Shown here in pieces: positions 49,272-62,826 of a DNA stretch of 64,000 nucleotides. How positions within the stretch are numbered: the stretch's first letter is position 1; every line of letters starts with the position of its first letter. Both the position numbers and the translations under genes were made by a program. Source of the stretch: Octopus bimaculoides (Eukaryota); NCBI RefSeq assembly GCF_001194135.2, contig NC_068983.1, forward strand, positions 37,867,532 to 37,931,531, given 5' to 3'. The notes below the pieces were generated by a model. That model was given only the letters and a program-made list of their open reading frames with translations, was not told where the DNA came from and searched no databases.

Positions 49272-50399
49272 TATGCGTGCGTGTGTGTGTGTCTGTGTGC
49301 ATTGATGGTAAATGAAAGCATGGGCATTCCTACAAATGGTATTTGTTTGTTTACAATTCTCTGCAAACTGTCCAGGTTTTTTGTTGTTAGATAGACTGGG
49401 AAAACTATTGTTTTGCTTGGAAGCAGACGAGGGTTGACGTGAGGAAGGGCATCTGATTGCAGAACAATCTGCCTGAATGAATATTAGGTTTTAAAATGTT
49501 GACAATGATGACCATTGAGAACATATCCTCTGTTGTAAAAAGCTGCGTATTCACAGATTTAATGAGACTGAGAAATACTTAGTTTGGTCTTCATTGATAG
49601 GAGTGAGGCAGGGAAATAAAATGGCATTCTCTCTCTCTCTCTCTCTCTCTTTCTCCCTCTCCCTTTTTCGCCCCCTCTCCCTTTTTCGCCCCCTCTCCCT
49701 TTTTTGCCCCTCTCCTTTTTTCACCCCCTCTCTCTCCCTATCTCTTTCTCTCTATCCCTATCTCTTTCTCCCTCTCCCTGTTCTCTCTCTCTCCCTCCCC
49801 TCTGCCTCCCCTCTGCCTCCTTCTCTCACTCTCTCCCTTTCTCCCCCTCTCCCCCTCTTCCCCTCTTTCAATCTACCTGTCACTGTCAATCGCACAGCAT
49901 ATTTTATCTTGTACTTGTTTCAGTCATTAAGACTGCAGCCATTTTGGGGCACCAATTTGAAGAGTTTAGTTGGAGGAATCAATTCTGGTTGGTTTGAGAA
50001 TGTAAAGACTGTTCTTCCACAGACATATACCGAACAGCATACACACCATATAAAAAAAAACACATACCCATATACATAGATGTACATTGGCGCACACACA
50101 TACTCCACTCACACATATGCACACACACTTTGATGCGCACACACTTTGATGCGCGCGCACACACACACACACACACACACATTATGACATGATACAAATC
50201 ATTTTATATTGTCACTTAAGTATTGTTCTTTACTGCTATCACCCGCTTCTGGTGAAGAGCAACTAAATATTTTGTGTGTGTGGTTTGGTTGATAAACCAG
50301 AGTGGTACTTGGTACTTGAGTGGCTCTTTGTGAGATAAGACAGAGTAGAATCTATTAGAATTTGAGCTGAAAATGTAGAGGGATGTAACTAAATACAGC

Positions 50400-50735
50400 A
50401 AGGCATTTTGTTAGGTACCATGTCAATTATACCATTCACGGGAGCCCCCTGACTGGCTCCCGTGCCAGTGGCACGTAAAAAACACCATCCAAACATAGTC
50501 AATGCCAGATTCACCTGACTAGCTCCCGTAAGCACCATCTGAATGTGGCCGATGCCAGTACCCCCTGATTGGCTCCCGTGCTGGTGGCATGTAAAAAACA
50601 CTATCTGAACATTATCGATGCCAGGCCCGCCTAACTGGCTCCTGTGCTGGTGGCACATAAAAAGCACCCACTACACTCTCAGAGTGGTTGGTGTTAGGAA
50701 GGGCATCCAGCTGTAGAAACATTGCCTGATTAGAT
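50400..50735 (+). mobile_element. RTE-type 3' UTR with an amplified GCCAGTGGCACGTAAAAA-CACC module
   Basis: Several degenerate tandem modules precede AAAGCACCCACTACACTCTCAGAGTGGTTGG-GTTAGGAAGGGCATCCAGC. Confidence 0.6.
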
Positions 50736-50757
50736 TTCTTTGTTAATTTTTTACAAG

Positions 50758-50946
50758 GTCTGTGATAGACCACTCCCAACTGGTTACCTATGGCATAATG
50801 CAAGGGTGGGGATCAACAAACCTATCATCCAGCAAGCAGTTCTATGGGTAAATGAAATGACAAAGGCAGAAGATTCCCATACCAGCTTAGATGTTGCCTG
50901 TGTAAAGGTCTGTGCTGGCTTGCTTTGCTCTGGCAGCCAGTGGAGA
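50758..50946 (+). CDS. Candidate exon (189 nt, phase 0-0)
   Basis: Acceptor TTAATTTTTTACAAG, donor GTAAGA, and the only open frame VCDRPLPTGYLWHNARVGINKPIIQQAVLWVNEMTKAEDSHTSLDVACVKVCAGLLCSGSQWR. Confidence 0.35.
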
Positions 50947-51222
50947 GTAAGAATGAACACAGATAAACAATGACTATTGATTTCAAATTTTGGCACAAGG
51001 CCAGCAATTCAGAGTTTGTTGGATAAATCGATTACATTGATCCCCAGTGCTCAACTGGTATTTATTTTATCGACCCCAAAGGGATGAAAAGCAAAGTCAA
51101 CCTTGGTGGAATTTGAGCTCAGAATGTAGAGTTGGATGAAATGCTACTAAGCATTTTGCCTGGCATGTTAACAGTTCTGCTAGCTCGTTGCCTTATACAG
51201 GTAAACAATCAATATTGATGAA

Positions 51223-51339
51223 TGGAATGTTAGAACAAGACTTGATAAACCACAATCTCAAAGACATGAGCATCAGACTGCTCTAGTTACCAAAGAATTA
51301 GATAGATACAACACTGACATTGCCATTTTGTGTGAAACG
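51223..51339 (+). pseudogene. RTE LINE AP-endonuclease N-terminal fragment
   Basis: WNVRTRLDKPQSQRHEHQTALVTKELDRYNTDIAILCET matches the RTE/BovB-type motif WNVRTL...ERRTAL...EL.RY.IDIAAL.ET. Confidence 0.8.
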
Positions 51340-52048
51340 TGAATATGTGTCCTTCATGCTGTAATTGTTTTAGTTTCAACTCATGGTTTCTGATCGAACC
51401 ACTTGCCCAGACAAGTACATCTCCCAAATTAGCAAGTTTATAAAACCTGGTCTGCAATACTTATTTGCTTGTATTTTTCATTTATCAATAGATATGGTTG
51501 TAATTCTGGCTTACATGTTTATTTGGAACATCAGAAGAGTTATGGCATCATCTGGTAACTATTATAAGTATTTGTTACATCAGACACAAACAAGAAAGAG
51601 ATAAATATCAACAACTACTCAGTTTATTCAGGAAAGGTTACAGTTCAATAAGAAGGAATCTTCCATTTGTTGGAATCACCGACACACTGCTTCTATGACT
51701 TAATACTTTTCTCATTATAAAGCATTCTTCCTTCTCTCTACACCACTCTCCCCACTCTGTCTACATCAGTCTCCCCCTCTCTCTCTGTTCAGTCTTCACT
51801 TTCTTTGCATCATCCTTCTTCTCTCTTAACTATTCTTATCCTCTACTTAGACTCCCCATCTCTCTGCACCTGCCTTCCCACTCTCTCTTCCACTCCCCCC
51901 TCCACTTTTCCTTACCTCTCTCTATTCTTTCTACACTCTCTTTTCTCCCTCCTCTCTCTACATCAGCCTTTCCTCTCTACAGTACTTCCCCTTCTTCCAC
52001 TCTCTTTACACCAACCTTCCATCACTCTACCACACTCCCATTGTTCTA

Positions 52049-52091
<43 letters not shown>

Positions 52092-52469
52092 ACCATTCTT
52101 TCTTCTCAGTAGATTTTGCTGTCACTGGATAATACACAAGTCTATTGCAAGCAACTCACTATATTTATGACATATCTAAAACTAATTCACTATATCAACT
52201 GCATATCTGAGACCCTACATAATATCTATTGCTCTCAGTGTGCAGAGGTCCTCCTGAGAAAAACAGTGAAATATTCAGAGCTGATTTGAACTCGTTCACT
52301 GGTACTCAGTCAGTTATGACCATGGGTGTTCCAGTTGATCTGATTAACAGAATAAGCTAGCTATCCACTTTTTATGCTTTATTGAATTCTTAGATTAGTA
52401 TTTTTATAGTGTATTTTTTTCTGGATGATGTCATTAGGGTTTTTCATTGTCTGAATTGTATAATATATT

Positions 52470-52858
52470 GGTGGAGGCGCAATGGCCCAGTGGTTAGGGC
52501 AGCGGACTTGTGGTAATAAGATCGCGGTTTCGATTCCCAGACCTGGCGTTGTGAGTGTTTATTGAGCAAAAACACCCAAAGCTCCACGAGGCTCCGGCAG
52601 GGGATGGTGGTGAACCCTGCTGTACTCTTTCGCCACAACTTTTTCTCACTCTTACTCTCTGTTTCTGCTGTGCCTGTAATTCAAAGGGTCAGCCTTGTCA
52701 CACTGTGTCACGCTGAATATCCCTGAGAACTAACTACGTTAAGGGTACACATGTCTGTGGAGTGCTCAGTCACTTGCACGTTAATTTCACGAGCAGGCTG
52801 TTCCGTTGATCGGATCAACTGGAACCCTCGACGTCGTAAGTGATGGAGTGCCAACAAA
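52470..52858 (+). mobile_element. tRNA-derived SINE family C, full length, 10-bp TSD
   Basis: Head GGAGGCGCAATGGCCCAGTGGTTAGG...GGTTTCGATTCCC and TSD ATAATATATT at 52460-52469 and 52859-52868. Confidence 0.85.
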
Positions 52859-54809
52859 ATAATATATTAACGTTAATTAGTATTTGCTCCAGGTTTATAA
52901 ATTCCAAGTTTAAAGGACACCAAGATCAACATTACCTTTCATTTCTCGTGGGTCATCCTCATCAACATCAGCATCATCATTAAATGTCATATTCCTATAC
53001 TGACATGAGTTGGATGGTTTGACAGGAGCTAGCAAACTGGAGAGCTATCTGGGCTGTGTTGTCTGTTTTGGCATGGTTTCTACAGCTGAATGCCCTTCCT
53101 AACATCAACCACTTTACAGAGTAGACTGGGTGCTTTTTATGTGAAACCAGCGTTAAGAAGGGCATCCAGCTTCTTCCCTCCCAGCCCTACATACCATTCA
53201 TTCAACACTTGTTCTTTGTACATTATAGCACTCGCTCATGCTGGTGATACAAAAAAAAAAGACAAAAATCATCCAATATGTGCTGTAAAGTGGTTGGCAT
53301 TAGGAAGAGCACAAAGCTGTAGAAACCATACCAAAGCAGACAGTGGAGCACACAGCAGGCCTTGGAACTGTCAGATCCTATCAGATTATACAACTCATGG
53401 CAGCATGGGGCATGGACATTAATTGATGATGATGATGATGATGGTGGTGGTGTGTGTATTTATATTTATACATACCTTCCTACATACATACATACTCATT
53501 CACACACACACACACACACACATGTACATACATATATACACATGCACAAGAGGTTACTATATTTAAAAGTAGTCAAAACTTCTTCAGGAGGAATTTAGCC
53601 TATTTCTTGTCTCTATGACTTCCTCTGTTATTATTCTAAGTAGCAATTCCTTTAACGATTTCACTAATTGTTTTCATGTTCTAATCAGAAATTATCCAAA
53701 CCAACATGTCAAAGAACAAAAAGAGAAAAAACAACAACAACACAACAAAAACATAATAAAGACCAAAACAACAAAAAATACATAGATAAAAATAAAAATC
53801 TAAATGAAGTCAATGTATATCATCATTGAGTAACTGTTGGTTAAATTTGTTGTAAGAACACACTGCATGGGGTACAGTATACACTAGGAACTAACAGGAA
53901 GCATGCTTGCCCTTTTTTTACTATGTGCCATATTGTTCTAGAATATGAGAGGATGTTTTGTCATGCTAGTTGGTTTATATATTTTCAAAACTGCAAAACT
54001 TTTTGTGTTTTTCTTTAATTATCTCTAGTATTTCTTTCAACTATTCTACACTGTTGTGAAGATTTGTAACCTTTTTACTGCAACTGAAAAGAGGAACATA
54101 TGTGTTGTGCTGAACATCACAATTTTACTTTCACCTATTGCAGCAATGTGCATGAAAACAAACATTATATACACGTGTGGTTATGTTGTGTCTGTCTGTT
54201 TGCCTGTCTGCCTGCCCATCCGTCTGTCTGTGTATCTATCTATCTGGGCATCTACTTATCTCTCTTCTCTCTCCCTCCCTCTCCCCTCCCCAATCTCTCG
54301 TTCTCTCTCTTTCTATGTATATATATATCTATAGTAATAAATGCCAAAATGAATTTCTGTGTGCCAGTGTGTCACACTTTGGCCCCTTCTCTCACTATTC
54401 AGTGACACTTCTACTATTCCTCATGTTAGGGTGAGAGTAATAGTAGGCATAGAGACAGTGAGGGCACTAATAGATTGATGGTTGTGATGGTAATGGGGTG
54501 ATAGCTGTAGTTGTGATAGAAGCAGAAGCGACGGTGGCGGTGGTAGCTGAGGCAGTCAGGGATGACAGTGATAGTAAGAGATGTGAAAGACAGTGGTGAT
54601 GGAGGGCAAGGCAGCAAAGTCAAAGGTATTGATGGTGGTGGCGTCAGTTGTCTGAATGGTGTGTGTATGGCAGATGTGGTGATGATGGGGAAGGAGAGAG
54701 AAAGAAAGAGGTTAGATAGAAAAAAAAATTGTACTGACCCCCAAATGGGAAGACAAAAAATGTTGTTTATCATGCAGCTTTGCAATAAGTTCGAAGTCAA
54801 CAAATGATA

Positions 54810-55058
54810 TCATTGTTTTGATGAAAATTGTTCATTGCTTGGAAAATATTGGTCAAGTTTAATAAAATTTAATATTAGATCTTCAAGTATGAAATTTGTA
54901 GAAAAGAAAAAAAAGTTTGCTAATGTTTTATAAATACAAGGAATAGTTTTATTCATCAGAGTATGCACCCATACTGTCAATACACTTTTGCCATTTCGGT
55001 GGTAGCTTGTCCAGCCCAGAACTGTAAAAGCCTGGCAATCTAGAGTCAATAAAATCAA
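54810..55058 (-). pseudogene. mariner transposase C-terminal fragment plus 3' region
   Basis: The minus frame 55056-54949 reads DFIDSRLPGFYSSGLDKLPPKWQKCIDSMGAYSDE*, matching the mariner FY..GI.KL..RW.KCI...G.Y motif. Confidence 0.75.
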
Positions 55059-56587
55059 GGGAAGCGCGATTGCTGTTCTTTCCTTCTTTACACATATTTT
55101 ATGTAATTTTGTACTCTCCTTTCTTTTTCAACCGTTTTAAATTTCTTCTTCTTCTTCTTCTTCTTCTTCTTCTCGTAAATTTCCATTTCTTAGTGTTGGC
55201 CACACATTGGTATAGTCACTAAATTAGAACTTGACAGAGAGATATAATCTCCATATAAACCTCTCAAGGGTGTTAATCAGTCAAGAAGGTTTGATATAAT
55301 CTCCGACCCAGCTGGGTTATTGTGGGATAATTGTTTGCTATGCTAAGTACTAAATATACATAACATACATACTATGTCGTGGGGAAAAGTTGAGAGTGGG
55401 ACGAGCAGTGTAACCTTGTCATCTCATTTGCAGTTTGTGCGGAAAGTTATGGTATAAAAAAAAATACTACACAGCTTGGAGGGTGTCTTTGGGTGTGGTT
55501 TGGTTACTGTTCTGAGGAGACAAGAATCACTGCTGCATCCACCTCTTGGAATTGTCATTGATACCCCAATAGGGAGTCATAAATTGCCTGCAAATACATC
55601 ATTGTTTGAGGAAACACTTAGAAATGGAAACTGTCTAAAATGCTGTCTTAATTTTTTCCTTGCTAATTGGTAGCCATTGCTGTCTCATGTGTTAACGACT
55701 ACACTATTCCATTAGCACCCTTGAGGAGCTGAGAATGTATGCTAATAAGGTGTCTAATTCTTTAGCTTTGCTGATAGACCAATTAATCAGAGATCCTTGG
55801 GTGTGTCTGGTTCCATTATAAATCCTGATTGTTAAAATATATTTTTCCCTATTCCCTGCAATTTTTCTTCCAGTCAGTATGAAATAGTATCCATTTTCTC
55901 CTCTTCCATCTCTATCTTAAATTTATTTATCTTATATTTATCTATTTATCTTATTTATTTATTTATCTTATATTTATCTATTTTATTTATTTATCTATCT
56001 ATTTATTTTTTATTTATTTATTTATTTATTTATCTATTTATTTATTCTCTGGAGAAGAAACTTATTTATAAGCCAGCAGCATATGATGATGTGTATAATT
56101 TTTTATGTCCATTTTGGGTCACATGTCAAGTCCATACCATTCCTTGTGACATATCCAAGTCACTAGAATTCCCTATCTCCCTCCCTCTATCCCTCTTTCT
56201 CCTCTCCCTCCATCCCTCTTTCTCCTCTCCCTCCATCCCTCTTTCTCCTCTCTCTCCATCCCTCTTTCTCCTCTCTCTCCATCCCTCTTTCTCCTCTCCC
56301 TCCTCTCCTTGTCTTCTTTCTCTTCTCCCACTTCTATCTTCCTTTCTTGCTCTCTCTCACAAGAGCAGCCATTAAAATATCTTATTTTCAAGATACTTTC
56401 TCAGAATCTATCATTCAAATTCACAAGTGCACCTCTGTCGAGTGGTTAAGAAGCTTGCTTCCCAACCATGGGGTCTTGAGTTCAGTTTCACTGCAAATTA
56501 GGCTCGTATCTTCAAATCTTGCCCCAGGTCATCCAAACCAATTTAGTATGTATCTGTTTGTCTATCTGTCTTGTCTTCCTCTGTCCA

Positions 56588-56619
<32 letters not shown>

Positions 56620-58084
56620 TGTGTGCATGAGTTTGTATGGTTTTGTTTTGACATTACTTGATGGCTTGTTTCCAATCTTCAGAGAAAATTATGTCCAGCT
56701 ATGGGGAAATATTACCTTGCTTGGAAACAAGTGAAGGTTGGCAACAGGAAGAGCTTCCAACCATAGAAAATCTGCCTCAATGAATTCCATCTGACCTATG
56801 CAAGATTGGGAAAATGGCTACTAAATGATGACGGTGATGCTGATGTTTGTTACGGTTGTGATGATGATGATGATGACGATGACAATGATGATGACGATGA
56901 TGATGATGACGAATTCAAGCCAGTCACTCACAAAGGGTTGTGAGTCTTTTGTTTGAGCCAAGACAGTTTCTGGGATTTGTGGGGATTATGTGAATCAGCG
57001 TAGGTATATGTGTGAATAAACTTTTACACGTGTTATGGGTGTACATGTATGTATGTATGCAAATGTGTATATGTAAGGGTGTGTGTGTGTGTGTGTACAT
57101 ATGTATACATGTGTAACTGAGAGCAGTTATATTATGAACTGTGTATCTTTGATACATCCCACTAAAATGTGTGACCTTAATTATTAGTAGAGGTAGGTCT
57201 AGTGATAGCAATACCCCTATTATTTATGAAAGGCTTGCATAAAATGCTGCAGGGTACAGTACATATTCAAATAAGTTGATATATATATTATATTTCTCAT
57301 AAGTAACAAACCATGAATCAGGGAGGGAAAATTAAGTTTTAATTTTTATTTTGATACTTGCATTTCTCCTCCTGTGTATACAATATTTTCTTGTCTGTCT
57401 TCAGCATGTTTGACAAGTTAATTAAAATATATATAGATATAGTTGTAGGTTTTTAATATATAAATATAGTTTACATATCCCTTCAGGGCTTCATGCGGTA
57501 GTCTTAGTGGATCGCATCATGCCTGCTGGCTATATACTGTGTGCAGACTTGTCTAAGGTAGAAAGCAATTATCAGAAGTATGATGTGGTATGGCAGTGAA
57601 AGATAACTGAAAAATAGAGGTCATGTAGCAACTGGAAGAAGACAAGTAGGTCTTTGAGAAATAATTGGAATTTGAATATAAAAGAAGCTGGTTCGAAAGA
57701 GATGAGGAAATGGTTGCATATTAAAGATATTAGCCATTGTATGCAAGAAATGTAGGATGTGCATAGGTATTTAGGTATTCTTTTACCGGATTTAGTCATT
57801 GGATTGCGGTCATGTTTGACCACTGCCTTATTGAATGCTTAGTCAGTCATATTGACCCCAGTAATTACTTCAGTCTGATGGTCTCCATTTATTGTGGCTT
57901 AGTAACTTTTGACATAGAGGGTTGCAACATCAGTAAATATAAACATGACCCCCCACTAACCCATTACATATTTGCATATATGTTGTCCTTCAGCACCTAA
58001 TTGCACTTGGAACACCCACTATAAAGGTTATAAATAACCACAATGGTTTAACGTGTATCTGTGTGTGTGTGTGTGTGTATGTAT

Positions 58085-58465
58085 GTGGAGGTGCAATGGC
58101 CCAGTGGTTAGGGTAGCGGACTCATGGTCGTAGGATTGCAGTTTCGATTCCTAGACTGGTTGTTGTGAGTATTTATTGAGCGAAAACACCTAAAAACTCC
58201 ACGAGGCTCCAGCAGGGGGTGGTGGCGAATGCTGCTGTACTCTTTCACCACAACTTACTCTCACTCTTTCTTGCTGTTTCTGTTGTACCTGTAATTCAAA
58301 GGGCCAGCCTTGTCACATTCTGTGTCATGCTGAATCTCTCCGAGAACTATATTAAGGGTACACGTGTTTGTGGAGTTCTCAGCCACATGCACGTTAATTT
58401 CACAAGCAAGCTGTTCCATTGATTGGATCAATTGGAACCCTTGTCGCTGTAACTGACGGAGTGCT
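58085..58465 (+). mobile_element. SINE-C full length
   Basis: Colinear with 52470-52858. Confidence 0.8.
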
Positions 58466-58501
58466 ACGATATATGTATGTATATACATGCACATATATAT
58501 G

Positions 58502-58550
<49 letters not shown>

Positions 58551-59174
58551 GCACACATATACATGTATATGTTATATGTGTGTATAAGAGTTATACTCTG
58601 AGGAAAGGCCACAAAGTGGTTTTCTTTCATGCTAGAAATGGGAGTTAAATCCCAAAGTATGAAAAATCTATTCTTATTTTGGCATACTAAATATAGGCAG
58701 GCAGGACTATTTGAGAGATTTCAAAAAAAATTAGTCATTCCTGTACTTTGCAGTTTCGCCCTTAAGGATTAAATACACTAATTAATAAATTAATCAATGC
58801 ATTAAACTATCTATGGCTCGGAACCATGTGGTTGGAAGCAAGCGTCTTACCACACAACCACTCATGCGCCTATATATTCATGATGGGCTTCTTTCAGTTT
58901 CCATCTACCAAATCCACTCATAAAGCTTTGGGTGGCCTGAGGTCATGGTAGAAGACACCCAAGGTACCAAGCTGTGGGGCTGAACCTAAGACTACATGGT
59001 TGGGAAACAAACTTCTTACCACACAGCCATGTCTGAACCTTAGAAGCTGCACCTAACCCCTAACCACACACACACACAACACAATGGGTTTCTTTCAGTT
59101 TCTGCCTACCAAATCTACTCACAAGGCCTTGGTCAGCCCAAGGCTATAGTAGGAGATACTGGTGCTATGCAGAT

Positions 59175-59218
<44 letters not shown>

Positions 59219-59245
59219 CATGGTTTCTGTTATATTAGTGAGAAT

Positions 59246-59668
59246 CATCATCATCATCATCATCGTTTAACGTCCGCTTTCCATGCTAGCATGGGTTGGA
59301 CGATTTGACTGAGGACTGGTGAAACCGGATGGCAACACCAGGCTCCAGTCTGATTTGGCAGAGTTTCTACAGCTGGATGCCCTTCCTAATGCCAACCACT
59401 CAGAGAGTGTAGTGGGTGCTTTTACGTGTCACCCGCACGAAAACGGCCACGCTCGAAATGGTGTCTTTTATGTGCTACCCGCACAAGCCAGTCCAGGGGC
59501 ACTGGCAACGATCTCGCTCGAAAATCCTACAGGAGCCAGTCAGGCGGTACTGGCAACGGCCACGCTCAAAATGGTGCATCTCATGTGCCACCCGCACAAG
59601 AACCAGTCCAGGGGCACTGGCAACGATCTTACTTGGCTTGCCGGGTCTTCTCACGCACAGCACATTTC
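59246..59668 (-). mobile_element. 5'-truncated RTE-clade LINE 3' end (young subfamily)
   Basis: About 8 substitutions over about 410 nt relative to 32434-32860 (counted by eye), nearly all at CpG. Confidence 0.75.
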
Positions 59669-60117
59669 CATGTATGTAGCTATGTGATTAGTGTGTTGAA
59701 CTCATGATCATAAGGGTGTAGATTCAATTCCCGGACTGGGCGTTGTGGTGTGTCCAAGAATCAAACAAGGAATGAAACTGAAGTAAGATGACATGATGTG
59801 CCTTGAGAAAGGTACTTCATTTTATATTACTCAGTTCTATTCTTGAGTACTGAAAATGAGTACTAGTTGTCTGCTAGTGCAGCTCTCTCTCTTTCTTTCA
59901 TTCTCCCCTTCTATCCCTCTGTCTCCCACTATCTCCTCCCTCAGGCTGTCACAAGCTCAATGTTGCACTGGATTATAGGTGGGAGAGCTGAAAAGGTATC
60001 CGTGTCTGTTTATAATTAGAGAGGTACCTCCAACAATTAAAGAAAATGTGGTATAAATTACCATCTCGTCCTCACCAGCAATTGGAACCCTTGTCGCATT
60101 AATATCACTAAAAGATG

Positions 60118-60490
60118 TTGTAGTGACGCCTTAAATAGCAGACAACATTTCCGGAAAGCTTATCCATGCATGCACAGGGACTGGTTCTGGAGGGAATACT
60201 GGAAGAGTCTCATGCGCATGCGTGGTCATTCGATATCCAAGCTTCGCGCCCTTATTCATTCTCTTTCTCAGCCGGCCGGCGAAGAGCCAAGACGTTGTAG
60301 CAGTCTCTCTCCAACATTCCAACTCTGGAGTGAGACAAATAACCACTCAACATCATTGACGGCGTCTCAGCAACCAAAGGGCGAAGTGCTGCCTATTTCC
60401 TCTGTAAATAAATATCGTTGTGTTGATAGTTCAGAATCTGCGTTCCGTTGTTTCTTCTAGAAATTTAATGTGCGGAAGCGGTATACACGT
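60118..60490 (+). promoter_or_regulatory. CpG-rich island: solo-LTR-like or promoter
   Basis: Starts TGTAGTGAC (the solo LTR starts TGTAGTGAA) and carries TGCGCATGCG, CCGGAAA/GCGGAAG, CCGGCCGGCG and AATAAA near 60405. Ends ...TATACA, but no clean TSD. Confidence 0.4.
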
Positions 60491-60714
60491 AATGGTGTAT
60501 AAACACTTTCCCATAATGTAAACAGTGACTAGAAAAAATCTCAAGCAATATATTTTTTATGCATCACATTATAGATACTTCCTTGTTAGGTTGATCTGAA
60601 ATCCACTGGATCAATAATTGATCTGTGAGAAACTTATAACCTGAGGTATGAAATTAAGAAATAAATCTGTAAGATAGACATGCTTCAATTCAAGTAAAAT
60701 AAAATTGAGAAATG

Positions 60715-61345
60715 TGTTAGATGTTACATTTGTAGGCACAGACAGACATGACTGGTTGGTGAACAAGTTTACTTGTTTACATGCAATATGTTACATTTGT
60801 AGGTGCAGGCAGACATGAGTTGTTGGTGAACAAGTTTACTTGTTTACAAGTTGCATGTTACATTTGTAGGTTCAGGCAGACATGACAGGTTGCTGAACAA
60901 GTTTACTTGTTTACATGTTACATGTTAGATTTGTATGTTCAGGCAGACATGACAGGTTCGTGAACAAGTTTACTTGTTTACATGTTACATGTTACATTTG
61001 TAGGTCCAGGCAGACATGAGTGGTTGGTGAACAAGTTTACTTGTTTACAAGTTACATTTATAGGTGCAGACAGACATGACAGGTTGGTGAACAAGCTTAT
61101 TTGTTTACATGTTACATTTGTATGTTCAGGTGGACATGACTGGTTGGTGGACAAGTTTACTTGTTAACAAGTTACATGTTAGATTTGTATGTTCAGGCAG
61201 ACATGACTGGTTGGTGAACAAGTTTACAAGTTACTTGTTACATTTGTAGTTGCAGGTAGACATGACAGGTTGGTGAACAAGTTTACTTGTTTACATGTTA
61301 CATTTATAGGTGTAAGCAGACATGACTGGTTGGTGAACATGTTTA
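60715..61345. repeat. Minisatellite of 10 units of 59-68 bp (mostly 60 or 67)
   Basis: Unit TTACATTTGTAGGTNCAGGCAGACATGACTGGTTGGTGAACAAGTTTACTTGTTTACATG. Length varies mainly by a 7-bp GTTACAT module. Confidence 0.95.
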
Positions 61346-62427
61346 TTTCTTAACTATGTGGTTTCGAGTTCAGTCCTACTGTGCAGGAACATAGCTTGGT
61401 AAAGTATCATCTGCTACAGTGGTGGTGATGGTTATGGTAATGAAGATGATAGCGGTGATAATGGTGATGGGGTTGCTGCTGCTGCTACTTAGGATAATGG
61501 TAGTGGTGATGATGGTGATGATGATAGTGGTGGTGGTGATGATGATCATGATAGTGGTGGTAATGGTACTGTTGGTGGTGGTGGTGCTGCTGCTGCTGCT
61601 GCTGAAGATACTGACAGTGTTGGTGGTGGCAATGATAGTGATAGTGGTGGTGGTGATGATGACAATAACATTGACTGTCAGTGTTGATAGGATGGTGGTG
61701 GTGATGATGACTAAAGATTCAGGTGAGCATTTATTTCTTTGGTGATGTTGGTTATTGCTTACTAAATACAACAGTGCCGCTATCTTTAGTTTCTATAGGA
61801 AATCAATACAATTTCTATATTGACCTAGATCCATCAACTGTCTCTGTTTCGTTTATATTCTCTTTAAGCAACTATTTGGTTATCATTATTCTTTGAGATT
61901 AATTGATGCTTTGTTAAGCTTGTTTCTTAACGGTATTATTTTCTCTTCCTCATTTTATCACGATCCCTCTTTTGTTGTTATATAAAGATATTCTTTGGGC
62001 GATAATGCTGACGCTTGTGACACCTAGAAAAGATGAAATTTAAAAGTTTCTGATGTAGAGTAAGTACTAGTAGTTTTAGATGTAAGGTAAAGTTAATTTT
62101 GGTAGGATTTGAAATCAGAGCATAATAAAAATAATATTAATGATAACTGCCCTGATGTAGTACCAAGCAGTGGTTCTCCTGGCTTTTGATTTTAACCATT
62201 TGAAAGTGTTATCATGTACATATTTTGTCTTGGTATATTTGCTACAGCAAATATTCTGCTCAATACTTCAGATTTGCTTGTCAGTTGTTTGACCATAACC
62301 AGTTGAGCATGTCCCTTAGTGGCTGACGATATGCGCATTCGTGATCATGAGCAGAAGTAGTTGGGGAGCATCATAGCCATGTATTGAGAGGAATTCTTTG
62401 GGGTTTGGATAATTCACCTTCGGAAAC

Positions 62428-62826
62428 AAGCGTAGGAGTGGCTGTGTGGTAAGTAGCCTGCTTACCAACCACATGATTCTGGGTTCAGTCCCACTGTGTG
62501 GCACCTTGGGCAAGTGTCTTCTACTATAGCCTCGGGCCGACCAAAGCTTTGTAAGTGGATTTGGTAGACGGAAATTGAAAAAGCCCGTCGTATATATGTA
62601 TATATTTATTTATGTATGTATGTGTGTCTATGTTTGTCCCCCCCCAACATCGCTTGACAACCGATGCTGGTGTGTTTACATCCCCGTAATTTAGCGGTTC
62701 AACAAAAGAGGCCAATAGAATAAGTACTAGGCTTACAAAGAATAAGTCCTGGGCTCGATTTGCTCGACTAAAGGTGGTGCTCCAGCATGGCCACAGTCAA
62801 ATGACTGAAACAAGTAAAAGCGTAAA
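62428..62826 (+). mobile_element. SINE-A full length
   Basis: Colinear with 1389-1800, with a short internal microsatellite. Confidence 0.8.

Noticed and set aside
52470-52545. SINE heads as functional tRNA genes
   Set aside because: They have A/B boxes but no complete cloverleaf or acceptor stem, and they continue into SINE bodies flanked by TSDs.
60715-61345. CRISPR-like array
   Set aside because: The units are contiguous near-identical repeats without unique spacers, the context is eukaryotic, and there are no cas genes.
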